Origin: the human T2T-CHM13v2.0 reference genome, Homo sapiens
DNA length: 64,000 nt
Strand: one strand, 5' to 3'
NCBI RefSeq assembly: GCF_009914755.1
Contig: NC_060936.1
Shown: positions 16,125 through 29,583 of the stretch, piece after piece
Layout of the letters: every line of letters begins with the position of its first letter
How positions within the stretch are numbered: the first letter of the stretch is position 1
The notes under the pieces: generated by a model
Told to the model about the DNA's origin: nothing
The model's input: the letters and a program-made list of their open reading frames with translations, nothing else
Databases searched by the model: none
Made by a program: the position numbers and the translations under genes

Positions 16125-19107
16125 GTGAGGGTCATAAAGATGTGTTGCCAATGGAACAGAAGCTGTGAGTGGGAGGAGTTTCTTTGCATAAAGAGCGAGG
16201 TAAGAGTACCAAAATTAAATAACACATCTACTTCATTTTCCTGAACAGCAAACTGCTCAGTAGCGGGTAGTGAGATTTTTCCATCCTCTGTTTCTTTCCC
16301 CTCCAGTGGAATCTGTCAGCACTCTCACATTTGTAATTTGCCTGGACTTCTTTTTCTTACTAGAATGAACTAGTATTTAATTTTCTCAAGAAGCTAGATT
16401 CTCTTTTAATCATAATGCAGATGCCTAAACCCCTTAGACTTGATGAGAAAATATGAGATGCCGTGAAGGATGGTTTGGGAATCTGTGCTTCTAATAGGTT
16501 CGCTAGGTAATTCTTACACACACCAAAGTTTAAGAATCACCTCTGCATTCTCAGTAAAGCTGATAAGCTTATCTTGTTAGAAGAGAAGACTGAAGAAAAC
16601 CTTCCAAGGGAACTAGTATATTTTCACTGCAGCTTTTGGGAGATAATGATAACAATTTTGCATGTAACTCAGTAAGACTCTAATTCACGCTGGGGGTATG
16701 GGAAGAGGTCATGTCAAGATAAAGGGGAAACCTTTTTTGTGGGCTGATCAAGCTTTTTTTGACTCTCAATTCAAACGAAGGGCATAATTCCTTCTAAGTT
16801 ATGTTTTCATACTGATTTGTGCTGTGTTGAATATCACAGTAATGCCATATCTCCAAAAGCAGTTTTCCATATCAATCTTGCCAATATAGGGGAAGCAGAA
16901 GATGATAGGCTAACGTTTGACACTCCAGTGGCTCTTGTCATAAATCAGATTGCCAGGTGTCTGATTTGGAACCTTGGTGTTGTATGAAGTCATCCAATCA
17001 CGACATTTTGGGATTTGACAGGTTTTGTTTTATAGTTTAAATAATTGGATCCAAGTATAGCACGCTTTCTTTACAAATTTACAGTTATTTATTTTGAAGA
17101 ACGTTTGTTTGTAAGTAAGCTAAGTAAGTTGTAATTAAGTTGAAAAAGTAAGAAAGAAAATATATAAAGTAACCTAGAAAATAAAAGCGTGTAATTTTTG
17201 ATGCTTGGTGGTTTGGTTTTAATAATATGGCAGATTACATGATATAAAAATCTTCCAAGTATAAAGTACTTGGAAGTACGGAATTTAATAAAATAGTCAA
17301 CCATGTAAATGGTTGAATAAGTTCACTAGAATGTAAGGAATATTACCAGAGACCAGAAACAAAACAGAAACTGGACTTGGTTTACTTTACTTTATGTTTG
17401 GGATTTGAATTTATATTCTGTGGTCTGTGAACCCTTAAGCTGAGAAATTAACATGAAGCTTCCTGGAGCACTTGGCAGAAGTTGGTACAAAATCTTTTTT
17501 GGAGGGGAACATACTCAACTTTGGTGGTAAAGGATTCCCATATAAAATGCCCTGCCAGACATGGACCCCAAATTCAAAATTACAAAATCCATGAAGTCAT
17601 CTATCCTAAGTGAGAGAAACGAACAACAAACAACAAGATTAGAACCACCCCTACTGCCACTAAAAAATTGAAATAACATTCTTTCTCAACAACTCTAAAG
17701 TAAGTACATAAAAATTATTGAAGATATAAAGGAATTCAAAGCATGAGAAACCAACTTTATGGTATTAAATAGTGCCTTACATTAATATTTTCACTATATG
17801 GTACAAGTGCAAAGTGTTGTAGTAGTTCAGAGAATGAAGATAGCTGCAGAAACTGAACTCGATGCTAAAATGTTGACAAGAGAAAACTTTAGTTGAAGAA
17901 ACATTACTTCTTTCAAGGTATCAATTAGATATTACAAATCAACGGCATCACAGCAAGTTGAAAAACAAATGTCGCTATAAAACATAACACATTAACTTCT
18001 GGGGATGAGTGTTAAATTGAAATCATGACCAACACAGATACTGCTTATGAAATATAATCATATCCTTACTCAGAAAAGGTAAGATAGATGCTACTTCTAA
18101 AATTATATGAAACATCCCAGAAACTGCCAAGCAACACACATCCAGAAAGCACAAATAGAATACTACAAACTATCTTGTAATAAGACAGTTACATTCAGAG
18201 TGGCAAACATCATTTTAAAGATACAAGATTCTATTTGCTGGCTCAAATGATAACATAAATTCTGGATAAAATCTATGAACTTGAAATGTGTTAGGTTTAG
18301 TAACACAAGTAAAGAGTATTTGCATTTCACTAGCAGAATGTGATATTACGGGAGTCAAATGTTATCTACTTTAAATTTGTTGTCAATTGATGAAAAATGA
18401 GTGTTATGTAAATCACCAAAGAAATTAACTTTCCTCAAAAATGATGAGCTTCATTACAAATATCCCATTATTATCATTGACATATATACTCCTCAATAAA
18501 AATTTTCCCATTCTTGCCAGTTGTTTTAATGTGTTGGGTTGAGGCCAATAGGCTGTCAGGTGTCACTTTCTAAAGATCATATTCCATGTGGGAAAATGTG
18601 CAGTGCTTTTGTAGCAGAAAGGGAACTGTTTATTGCTTGTATTATGTAGTTGTCTCAGACTTCTTATGAACTTAATATCACTTCACAAGCTGGTGGCTGG
18701 CTTACTTTTTGCCAAAGTTCTTTTGTCAGGGTGGAATGAAATATAAAAGCTGTCAATTACATTTTGACAGTAATAATTACATGTAGCAACAGTCATAAAT
18801 TCTGTGTTTTGTGGCTCTGAGTCTAATCTTTCATCTAAACTCTCTTCTATTGCAGCTATTTAAGGAAGTCTGTTTTGCTTATTTTCATGCAGGCTACCAT
18901 TTCATATATCGAGTTCATAATGTAGTTAGTTGAAAAAGGACTTGGGATTTTTGTTATTGTTCTCTTTGCCATTGTTCATTCTCCTTTTCTAACATTTTTC
19001 CTACTATGAGCCTGGATGGAAGAGGAGCAGAGAGAAGACATACACCAAAGCTTGCTCTATCTATAAAATAGTAACAACCCTGAGGCTTCCTCTTACAAAT
19101 TCTACTA

Positions 19108-19405
19108 TTTTTTTCTTTATTTTTTGAGACAGGGTCTTGCTCTGTTGCCAGGCTGGAGTGCAGTGGTGTGACCTCAGTTCACGGCAACCTTGACCTCCTG
19201 GGCTCAAACGATCCTTCCACCTCAGCCTCCATAGTAGCTGGGACTACAGGAGCATGCTACCATGCCCAGCTAATTGTTTTGTATTTTTTTTTTTTTTTGT
19301 AGAGGCAGAGTTTCATCATGTTGTCCAGGCTAATCTTAAACTTCTGAGCTGAAGTGCTTCCTCCCAAAGTGCTGGGACTACAGGCGTGAGCCACTGTGCC
19401 TGGTC
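19108..19405 (-). mobile_element. AluJ
   Basis: Diverged antisense dimer with J-type right arm (ACCTCCTGGGCTCAA.CGATCC); flanking AAATTCTAC repeat. Confidence 0.9.
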
Positions 19406-19802
19406 AAATTCTACCAGACAAAACCACTTAACAGTTTTTAAATACATATAGTTCAAAATAGAAAAATAGTCATAAAAACATCAAATAATACAGGCTTGAA
19501 CTTTTCAACTTTATTCAGTGAAAATGACTGTGATGCTTTTGAATAAAAACTTTAAAGATACTATATGAAACTTGAGATGAAAAGTTCAGAGTTACTACAT
19601 TTTAATTAAGTACATACGAATACCAAAGTTTGTATCAGAAACACATAATTTTCACATGACTTTACATTGCTGCTTACTAACTTTTTTTACCAAGTTCTAG
19701 TAGTGTTAGAAATAACTATTATAAAATGTTTATTTTATTGAACTGTAAAATTTAACTTTGGTTTATGCTTGAGATTTTTCCATATGGCTGTTATTTTTGG
19801 AA

Positions 19803-20101
<299 letters not shown>

Positions 20102-20757
20102 CTGACTTTTGGAAATTTTTAAGTCAAGCAAAAAGTCAAACAGTTACTAGATTAGGAAAAATAATCCTGAAGTATGATTTATAGATTTTTCATAGTGTAG
20201 GTTAAGTTATATGGGAAACTGTGAAGGCAAGAGAAACTATTGTAAAATGAGGAGTGGACTTAGTAATGCATATTGGTTATATACATTTCAACTCTTTCCA
20301 GAAAAAGTCAATAAACATTCTGCATAAACTAATTCCCTTAATTAAAAATATTTTGTTGGGGAAAAGTATTGTCTTCTAAACAGATTTCAACCTTAGTCTT
20401 TTAATTTACTTTGTAGTCACATATTCTTAAGAATCTAAAATATTTTATAGTTTTGCCTGTGGTTGAGTAAATATATATTTTTGAACTAATATTTGGAATG
20501 TAATTATACATAAGTTAATTATGTTAGATTTATATGATTGTCTAATTAGTTCAAGAGTAAGAGACTAGTAACCTTTTAATAAATAATATTAAACACATAC
20601 TGTACTTCAATTAATTAAACCTATTCATTAAAAATTCAAAATGAGTGTGAATGTGTGTGTACATGTGTGTGTGCTGGAGGGGGGACAGTCACATAACTAC
20701 TTTATAATTTTAGTGAAATTTGGATGTATTTTCATGCTTAAGCTTTTTCCTTTATAG

Positions 20758-20831
20758 ACAAACATCTGTTGGCTCATGGAATTAGCTATTATTTCGGCAA
20801 TGGAAAGGAATTATGGTTATCTAGAGCAAGA
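20758..20831 (+). other. Candidate upstream OTOGL exon (74 nt) with in-frame ATGs at 20776 and 20800
   Basis: Acceptor tttttcctttatag|A, weak donor AGA|gtaaat. Joined to 22010 it reads open into the 22029 ATG. No transcript evidence available here. Confidence 0.4.
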
Positions 20832-22009
20832 GTAAATGATTATTGGATTTGGAACACAAACAGGAAACTGTTTATATAATGAATGTTGGACCATGTAACA
20901 TTAGTTAGGATGTCAAGAATACTTAATAGAAAAGACTCAGAAGTCATTGCAGAAGAGTTGTCTGGGTACAACAGGATATTAACAACTGCTGTGCCTTTTT
21001 GTTTCATAAAGTACTTCTGTGTGGCTAGACATTCCTTACTACTGCACACTGGTCTGTTAAATGACTTTGATAATAGTGCAGTTAACTCATGGGATCTGCT
21101 GTAGAAATGTGCACCCACTATATAAGCATGGTTTTCACTAAGGTGTGGGGCTCAGATCTATAAATTTCATTATGACATATTAGAGCTCTTTTCTCATGCC
21201 AATGTAAGCAGTCAATCCCTGTTAAAGAATAGTGCCCCTATTGCTGAAGTAATAAGTCTGTTGTTTAATTGGGTATTTGTCACAGAGGATGGAAAAACAG
21301 GGTGTGAAGGGAAAGTTTTCAGGGCTGGGTGAGTTACTTTATTTTCTTTTCAAAGTCAAGTATAGAATATTATCTTTTTTTAAAAATTGCTACTTTTGTT
21401 GCAGGATGTTTAACAGAAATATCTGTGGGCCCATGAACATGTCAAGTTAAACTATACTGTAATGGGACTTAAAAATAGATGCACATAGTTTTAGTGTACT
21501 TTTTAATTCCTAAAGAAAACTTTTAATTATTCAAGAACATGTAGACATCCTAGGAAAGATTGACAGGGTTTTATTTCACCCTTTTTCAAAGGACAGTAAT
21601 TATTTTATGAATAAAATTCTAAAATGCAAAGATTAGATCAACCATTAGGAATAATGGTTATCTCTTGTGGCTTCAGGAGATATCAAGAGATATTTCTTTT
21701 TATTTTAATGCTGCTGTCTTGAGAAGGTAAAAGGTTGATATAGGCTAAAAAGGCCTATGATGTGCAGGTGTGGGTGTAACTAATACGGGCTCAGGTAAGA
21801 AGCTGCCATGCATCACTAATGAGAGACTCAGCCAAAGGGTTGTCTGCAAGTTCTAAAGCTTCAGATGCTGTATGTAGTTGGAAAGCCTGGAATTCCTTTT
21901 TGAATTACTTTATTACATAGCTATATTTATTAGAATTTGAGTACCCTACAAATATGCATACTTCTAAGATGCCATCATAATAAAGACCATCAATTTGGTT
22001 ACATTTCAG

Positions 22010-22107
22010 GGGGAAAGGCTACACTGAAATGAACATTGTAAGAAAACTCAATTTAATGATACCTTGGAGTATATTCTTGCTTCATGTACTGCTGTTTTCA
22101 TTACAAG
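22010..22107 (+). CDS. OTOGL: OTOGL coding exon 1: 19-nt leader, ATG at 22029, MNIVRKLNLMIPWSIFLLHVLLFSLQ (signal peptide region; second in-frame ATG at 22056)
   Basis: Acceptor tttcag|G and donor AAG|gtaaga. 79 coding nt, ends phase 1. Translation matches the recalled otogelin-like N-terminus and joins downstream exons in frame. Confidence 0.93.
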
Positions 22108-22275
22108 GTAAGAACTCAGATTAAATTTTTATGTTAATTTATTGTATTTTTGTTTCTCTTACAATTTATACAAATAGTTTTCCCTTATAAAGCACTTTGA
22201 AGTCATTAGAATGAATTGTACTTAATGATACTCAGATCACCTTTTAAAAAATTCTTAATAATGTAGATAATTTGG

Positions 22276-22441
22276 ACCTTTTGGTTTTCATTTTTTGACT
22301 CTTTGCAAAATGGCTAGTTAAAAATCATGCTTTTATTATGATATGCAATTGTACTAGAACCTTTTAGTTTTCATTTCTTGAATCTTTTTTAAATGACTGG
22401 TTAAAAATCATGCTTTTATCATGATATGCAATTGTATTAGA
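22276..22441. repeat. 83-bp tandem duplication (2 copies, about 10 mismatches)
   Basis: Units 22276-22358 and 22359-22441 align without gaps (ACCTTTT.GTTTTCATTT...GTTAAAAATCATGCTTTTAT.ATGATATGCAATTGTA.TAGA). Confidence 0.9.
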
Positions 22442-23443
22442 AGAAGCTGTGATTCTAACTTTTTTCTTCTAAAAGATGATTTAAAATAATTGTCTATTTG
22501 CAATTTAAACATTTGAAATTTTATAATAAACAGCAATTGAGTACTTAAACTTTCTTCATGCCATCAACCCAAAGAATAGTAAAAAAATGTTTAAAAATAA
22601 CTAACATCTGGGGCTAAAAATTGATTTTAATTATTTTTATGGTAATTTTATTAATAAATTTTCTTGCTATTTGATTTTTTTTATTATGGAAAGCTTATAA
22701 ACACACACAAAATTAAAATGACATAACACACCTTCACGTGCCTTCACCCAGTTCCATAACTATCAGCATTTTGTGGAACTAGTTTTACCCTGTTACACAT
22801 TTTTTCTTGGAGTATTTTAAATTCATGAAATACATATTATATATTTTTAATAGATAAGCACTTTATCACACCTAACAAAATGGGCAAAGAATTGATTTAT
22901 TTTCAGTTGTTGATTTTTAATCCCTGTAAAGGTCTGTATGCTTTGGAGCTTGTAGGGGAAATTGGAGAAATTGCTTAAGTATAAAAGACCACAGAGGTCA
23001 AAGGTGCTATTTTCCAATTCCAGTTGTGACTGAAACCCCAAGGAGAACGATGTCACAGAATCTTGAGAGCTGAGGAGACTTTGCAGATAACTTGTCCAAC
23101 ACCATCATTTTATGGTGTGCTTGGCATTTTGTTTAAGCTTGGCATATAGTAAGTGGTAGGACTAGAACTAAAACTTGGAACTCTGATTCCAAGGCTAGTG
23201 TCTGTTCAGTTGCATGGTGTCTCTGTGTAAATCCATGTACACTGCCCTTTCTTTTTAGCTTATCAGTCATTCAGTGTCTCACAGGAAATTTGCTGGTCAA
23301 ATCCCTCTAAAAAATGCAAAACTAACAGCAAACTTCAATCAGAATTTTAGAATTTAGGTTAAAATGTTCTTTTAAACAACTGGAACATGTAGCCAATATA
23401 TTTGGATAATTTTTTTTCATTCTTATATATTTGTCTCTGGCAG

Positions 23444-23483
23444 AATATATTTGTGCATCGTCTATATTGATGGGAACATCAAA
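23444..23483 (+). CDS. OTOGL: OTOGL coding exon 2 (40 nt; EYICASSILMGTSK)
   Basis: ctggcag|AA ... AAA|gtgagt; phase 1 to 2 keeps the frame. Confidence 0.9.
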
Positions 23484-24545
23484 GTGAGTATTTCTTGTTC
23501 TTCGTGTCCTCTAAAACATAAAGTTAATGGGAATGAGCAAACCTCAGCAGGCAACTATATCTGCTTTTGAAAAAAATAAGTGAAATGTTTTACAAAAAAG
23601 CATGAAATATACTTTAAAAAACATTTCTGCAGATTAAAAATGATCTAGCATTCATTTCCTTATTTATGAAAATATTTCCTTTCCTTTTAATTACAAAGTA
23701 TTTCTTTTCCTTTTAATTATAAAAGGAGTCTTTGATGACTGTTGGTACTAAAAAGATATTACTTTCATTTCAAAAGTTTGTAAAATAAGTTATATTCCAT
23801 AATATTATCCTTTACATTATTATTAATATACATTATTGATAACAAATGTATTATGTTCATTTTTAGCAGAGTAACATTTTTTAATGATAAAAATAAAAAA
23901 TTGTTTTAGCAGTAAATAAAGAAAATCATTTTTTGGACTAAACTGATCTGCTTAATGAAAAGCAGAATTCTATTCACCATTTGATTTTTTAAAAATAAAA
24001 TGTTTATTGATAAATATAACACAAAAACAGAAAACATTATAAAGCAAATATATGCCTTAGTGAATTATTAGCCATTTGATTTTGATAAATTGCAATTTGA
24101 TGTTTTTACTTACATTAATGTTAACTTGCCCTTTATGACATAGCACAGGAGAGAATTAAGTACTGTTTGAACAAAGGGAAGGTACAAATACTGACCTCAC
24201 TAGATTTGCAAAGTCATGTGGGGAAAATATTGCAAGGGTTGGTGCTACAATGTTACACTATTTTGTTTATTTTTCCATCTCAAAGTTCCTTCCTAATATT
24301 CAGTTCACATCAAAGACTGGAGAAATTTGGGGACACTTCTGAATTTTGTAAAATGAGACAGCACCACCACCCAAATCTAACCCCTCCAGAAAGGGGAGGG
24401 AGGACTTTTTAAATGTTAAACCAAGAAAGACCTCTTTGATAAAGTGATGGAAATCAGGAGGAAAACACCAGCTCTCTCTTGGGAAAGGCTTGTTCAGGTT
24501 GCCTAGGGGCCTTTGACTGTACAAGTTCTTTTTGTTTTCTTCCAG

Positions 24546-24594
24546 AAACGGGTTTAATGAAAATCGACAGAAAAGAGCTCTTTTAGCAGCACAG
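24546..24594 (+). CDS. OTOGL: OTOGL coding exon 3 (49 nt; NGFNENRQKRALLAAQ, contains RQKR furin-type motif)
   Basis: Long pyrimidine tract, ttccag|A ... CAG|gtaggt; phase 2 to 0. Confidence 0.9.
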
Positions 24595-25521
24595 GTAGGT
24601 TATGCTTCAGGTGGAGAGAGAGGCAGAGAAATAATCCATTCTGTTTTGGACTCTGCTGTCACTTCAACAATGAGACCTTTGTGGAGGGGAATAAAATGCT
24701 AAGAACAAGACAGGAAGGAGGAGGAAGAAGCAAAGTAACCTCTATTGCTTTTCTACGACCATCGAATTCATGCTTAGGTCACATCGACTTGTTTGGAATA
24801 AAATACACATTTTTTTTTTGCTATTCAGCTCAGTTACCTACTAATAGGCTTGAGGCATTTAATTCCATGCACTTGCCAGAAAATTAGAAGTAGTTTAAAA
24901 ATTAAGCACAATATCAGTTAGGACAATGACAACAGTATAATGTACATGGAAAAAGGGGCCGAAAAATGTGTAAATAATATGAGTTAAATACTGCAAAAGG
25001 GCATCAGATATGTCCTAATGTCCTGACAGAAAGTTTTTATAATGTCTGATAAATCTAAATTGTGGGTGTCTCTGAATAGGTAACTTTTTTTTGGAGGGGC
25101 AGCGTAGCACTGCATTTGAGGAGACCTTCTTGCCCGGGTGCCTTTATATGAAGGATAATTGCAATTTCTTCAAACTGGTTGGAATGCTCAAATGGATGGG
25201 TTTAAAAATATTTCTCTATAAAAGATGGATGGTAAAATACAGAATCCTAACTTAGTAAAGGCATTTCTTTGAAAAGGAATATGATTTGAGTATTTATGTA
25301 GCAGACAGCTTGAATATTCAAGGAAGCCTTTGTTAAATGTTGAATTGCAAATAGTTTTTATTAGCGTTTTGTGATAGATGTCTGAATTTGTGTATTTTAT
25401 AGTGTTAATTGAAGATAATTAGTAGTTAAATAGAAGACAGATCTGATATGCTGTTGTGTCTGGTTAGAAGACAGAACTGATTTATTCTTATCAAGAGTAG
25501 AGACCTTTTTTTTTGTTCCAT

Positions 25522-26150
25522 TGTTACTGGAAAGGGGTCCTGACCCAGATCCCAAGAGAGGGTTCTTGGTTCTCATGCAAGAAAGAATTTGGGGCAAGTC
25601 CACAGAGTAAAGTGAAAGCAAGTTTATTAAGAAGGTAAAGGAATGAAAGAATGGCTACTCCATAGGCAGAGCAGCAGCATAAGCTGCTTGACTGAGTATA
25701 CTTGTAGTTATTTCTGACCATATGCTAAACAAGAGGTGAATTATTCATGAGTTTTCCAGGAAAGGGACAGGAATTTCCCAGAAATAAGAGTTCCTCTTCT
25801 TTTAGACTATATAGGGTAACTTCTGGATGTTGCCAGGGCATTTGTAAACTGTCATGGCGTTGGTGGGAGTGTCTTTTAGCATGTTAATGCATTATAACTA
25901 GAGTATAATGAGCAGTGAGGACAACCAGAGGTTACTTTCATTGCCATCTTGGTTTTGGCAGGATTGGGCCGGTTTCTTTACTGCAGGGTCTTTATGACCT
26001 GTATCTTGTGATGCCAGTCCTGCTGACCTCTTATCTCATCCTGTGACGAAGAATGCCTAACCTCTTGGGAATGCAGCCCAGCAGATCTCAGACTCATTTT
26101 ACCCAGCCCCTATTCAAGGTGGAACCACTCTGGTTGGAGCACCTCTGACG
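25522..26150 (-). mobile_element. MER41-family ERV1 solo LTR (MER41B-like)
   Basis: Reverse complement begins (C)GTCAGAGGTGCTCCAACCAGAG...TTGAATAGGGGCTGGGTAAAAT and ends GGACCCCTTTCCAGTAACA; 4-bp flanks CCAT/CCAG. Confidence 0.88.
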
Positions 26151-27764
26151 CCAGAATAGGCAAAGGGTTGTCTATGGAATGGAAATACATTTTATTTTTC
26201 TTAAAAAGAGTGTTTTGTGTACTGATATACTTAAGTGTCAAATTGGGGTTATACTGTTGTCCATTTAGATGTTTTCAGCATTTGTATACTTTACTCCCTT
26301 TTAGTGAGAATGAAGAGCAGGAGACTTGTACTACTTCCTAAGGCTAGAAAACATGTGTCAAAATCACTTATTTTCTGAACAATTTTTAAAAGAAGAGCGG
26401 GCAATGAGGTCATAATCTTGCACTGAGCTGTTTAGAATTGGAATTTCATGTGTTACAAGGCCATTCTTATCCATACATTCACTCTTCTGCTCTAGGAAAA
26501 CAGAGCACCAATGGGTAGATAAGTGCGCAAATAAGGACTCAGAAATATGTTGGCAATGAGGTGAGCAAGAAAGGGTAAACGCAGACTTCTGTAAATAGTG
26601 TATTTGTGTGCTGCAGTGATTTCCCATCTAAAGACTGTATTTCCCTGGGCCTCTCTCCGTCCTGTGGAGATGTAATCAGGAAGGAGGAAGGGTGGGCTGT
26701 CCTCTTATCAGTCATGTGAATACATGCACCTACTGCCTGGGACTTTTTTGCATTGGCATTACATTCCAAAAGTTCCTTTCCTGAAAGCAGGCCCTAAGAC
26801 ATAGACTTAGGTGCAGGTCATTTATTTGGAAAGTGTACAAATAAAGGAGAAAGGAAAATGATGTGAAGAAGGGAGAAAATAAAATATGGGGTGCATTAAT
26901 GAGGGGCTTTCTGCTGTAGGCAGCTGGAGCTCAGTCTTATTGGAGACTTTCTGAAGAACCATGTAGAATGCGTCCTAGAATAATTTCTAGGTTGAGGGAA
27001 ACCTCTGGAGAGCCTAAAATCTCCAGGAAGGCACTTTCTATAGTCTTTTCTGCTTGGACTCTGCCCTCAGGCAAAGACAGAAAGAAGCTAGTGCTGAAGT
27101 TGCAGGCTTTCAGTGTGCACAGAAATCCAGATGAATTCCAAGGTGAATTCAGAGGTGGGCTGAGAGGATGTGGGGAGAGGCATCAACAAAGTCTGCTGCA
27201 GTCGTGGCTCTAAACACCCTTGGGAGACAGATTCCCATTTGAACCATGTCTCTTTTTTCAGTTCAGTTGGTATTTGTTGATGACATACCAAGGACAGTGA
27301 GATATAAACAAGAATAGCAGTGCCTGTTATCTAGAAACTCCATCTGTTACGGAGGTAGGCTTATGAAGAAGTCATTTCTGTGCAATTGGTTCATTGAATC
27401 CAAGACAACCTCAATCATTTACCATTATTTATATGACATAAAAAATAAATATGCTCCAATTATAAATGTAAGATGCCATTCTGAGTTCAAATATGTCAAT
27501 AAATAAATAAATAAAATCTGCATGTCACACCTTAGCCTTGGTGAAATGTATTATGATGTATGGGATGCTGGATAAATAGGATGTTGTTGTAGCCAGAGAG
27601 GTGGTGTGCTAGGGAGTCATTCTAATTTCCATAAAGGAGATGTGGATTGAGTTAGGTCAAAGGATATGGAGCAAGAAACAAATTATATATTTTTATCTTG
27701 CTTGTGTTATCCAATGTTTTCAGTTTTTGCCTAACAATAAAAACAGGTAGCATGTTTACAAGTC

Positions 27765-28182
<418 letters not shown>

Positions 28183-28630
28183 TGAACCTGAGCGGGTTGA
28201 ATAATTTGTTCAAGGCGATAGGCCCTATAAGGTAGAAGTCATTATAGAGTAGAAGTCATTATACACTTTTAGTGAGTATCAGAGATGATTGGCTTCCATT
28301 AAAGGGATAGACATAAATCATTTTGGAGCCAAAGGAAGAAGGTTTTGGTGTCCAGTAATATCCAGGGCTGTGTTAGATTTAGGCAGCCAGAAGCAATGTG
28401 GCTGAAGAGAGAATAAGACTTGCCATCTTGAGGGAATTGAGGTCATAGACTGTTGTTGCATCTAATTTAGTTTGAAGGCAGAGGCAAGAACAAAAAGGGG
28501 AGATTGAACAGTGAGGATAAGACCTGGGAGTATTGAGAACAGGAGACAATGAACTTGAAACCATTGTGTGGGGCAAAGAGATTAGAAAGAAATCTTCAAA
28601 TAGTGAGAGAGTGTGTCTTTTATATAGCAT

Positions 28631-28757
28631 GGGCTGACATGATGGCATGCGCCTGCAGTCCCAGCTACTCAGGAGGCCGAGGCAGGAGGATCGCTTTGAG
28701 TCCAGGAGTTAAGCCCAGCCCAGGAAACACAGCGAGACCCCATCTCTTAAAAAAAAT
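28631..28757 (+). mobile_element. Alu monomer (FLAM-like)
   Basis: Single ~125-nt monomer with A tail, flanked by ATATAGCA repeats. Confidence 0.8.
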
Positions 28758-29189
28758 GATATAGCACGGGTAGATTTTCCTGTTGAAGTAAAAAGTGCTG
28801 AGATGGAAAATGTCAAAATAAAACTTCACGTAAGGGAGACTAGAATCTGCTGAGAAACAACTCTGTTCCTGAAGTCACATGGCTCATTTTCCCATCCTTC
28901 TTATCTTTCCCCCTTCTTCAGTTTTTCTAATATCATCTGCTACTTAATTTGACAATTATTTGGCAAGTTTGGGTGTGTTTATTCTGGTGAAATATAAGTG
29001 CTATTGGAAAGAATATTGCCCCAGCCCATACACTCAATTGGTATGGAGTTGGAATAATAATCCACAATTGATTAGTTTTAGTAAGCCACAACTATTTGCT
29101 ACTTAGCCATATAGATCTTTTAAAAACCTTAAAATTTCATCTGGATTGCTTAGATTGATTGACATAAATCTCTTTTTTGCTAATTTTCT

Positions 29190-29410
29190 GTGTGAGGCAC
29201 TATGTATGTAAGCTTCACGTACATGGCTTTAATTCATTATCCTAACTATACAACGAGGGAAGTGCCATTGTTGTTCCCCTTTTACAGATGAGTAAATAGA
29301 GGCACTAAGAGGTTAGGAAACTTGCCTAAGGGTAAGTAATTACGGAGTCAGGATTCTAATCCAGCTTTGTTTGATTCAAAATTCATGCTGTTTACCACTA
29401 CTCTGAACTA
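29190..29410 (-). mobile_element. MIR
   Basis: Core TTTTACAGATGAGTAAATAGAGGCAC..AGAGGTTAGGAAACTTGCCTAAGG. Confidence 0.7.
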
Positions 29411-29437
29411 CCTTGGGCTCTATAAAAAGATATATTT

Positions 29438-29583
29438 AAATGCTAAATGACGAGTTAATGGGTGCAGCACACCAACATGGCACATGTATACATATGTAAC
29501 AAACCTGCACGTTGTGCACATGTACCCTAAAACTTAAAGTATAATAATAATAAAAGAAAAGAAAAAGAAAGAAAGAAAAAAAA
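29438..29583 (+). mobile_element. Severely 5'-truncated L1PA (about L1PA4-5) 3' end with A-rich tail
   Basis: ATGCTAAATGACGAGTTAATGGGTGCAGCACACC...AAAACTTAAAGTATAATAATAATAAAA. Confidence 0.9.

Noticed and set aside
23677-23722. Short ~25-bp tandem repeat (TTTCCTTTTAATTA.AAA)
   Set aside because: Low-complexity AT-rich slippage product with no sign of function.
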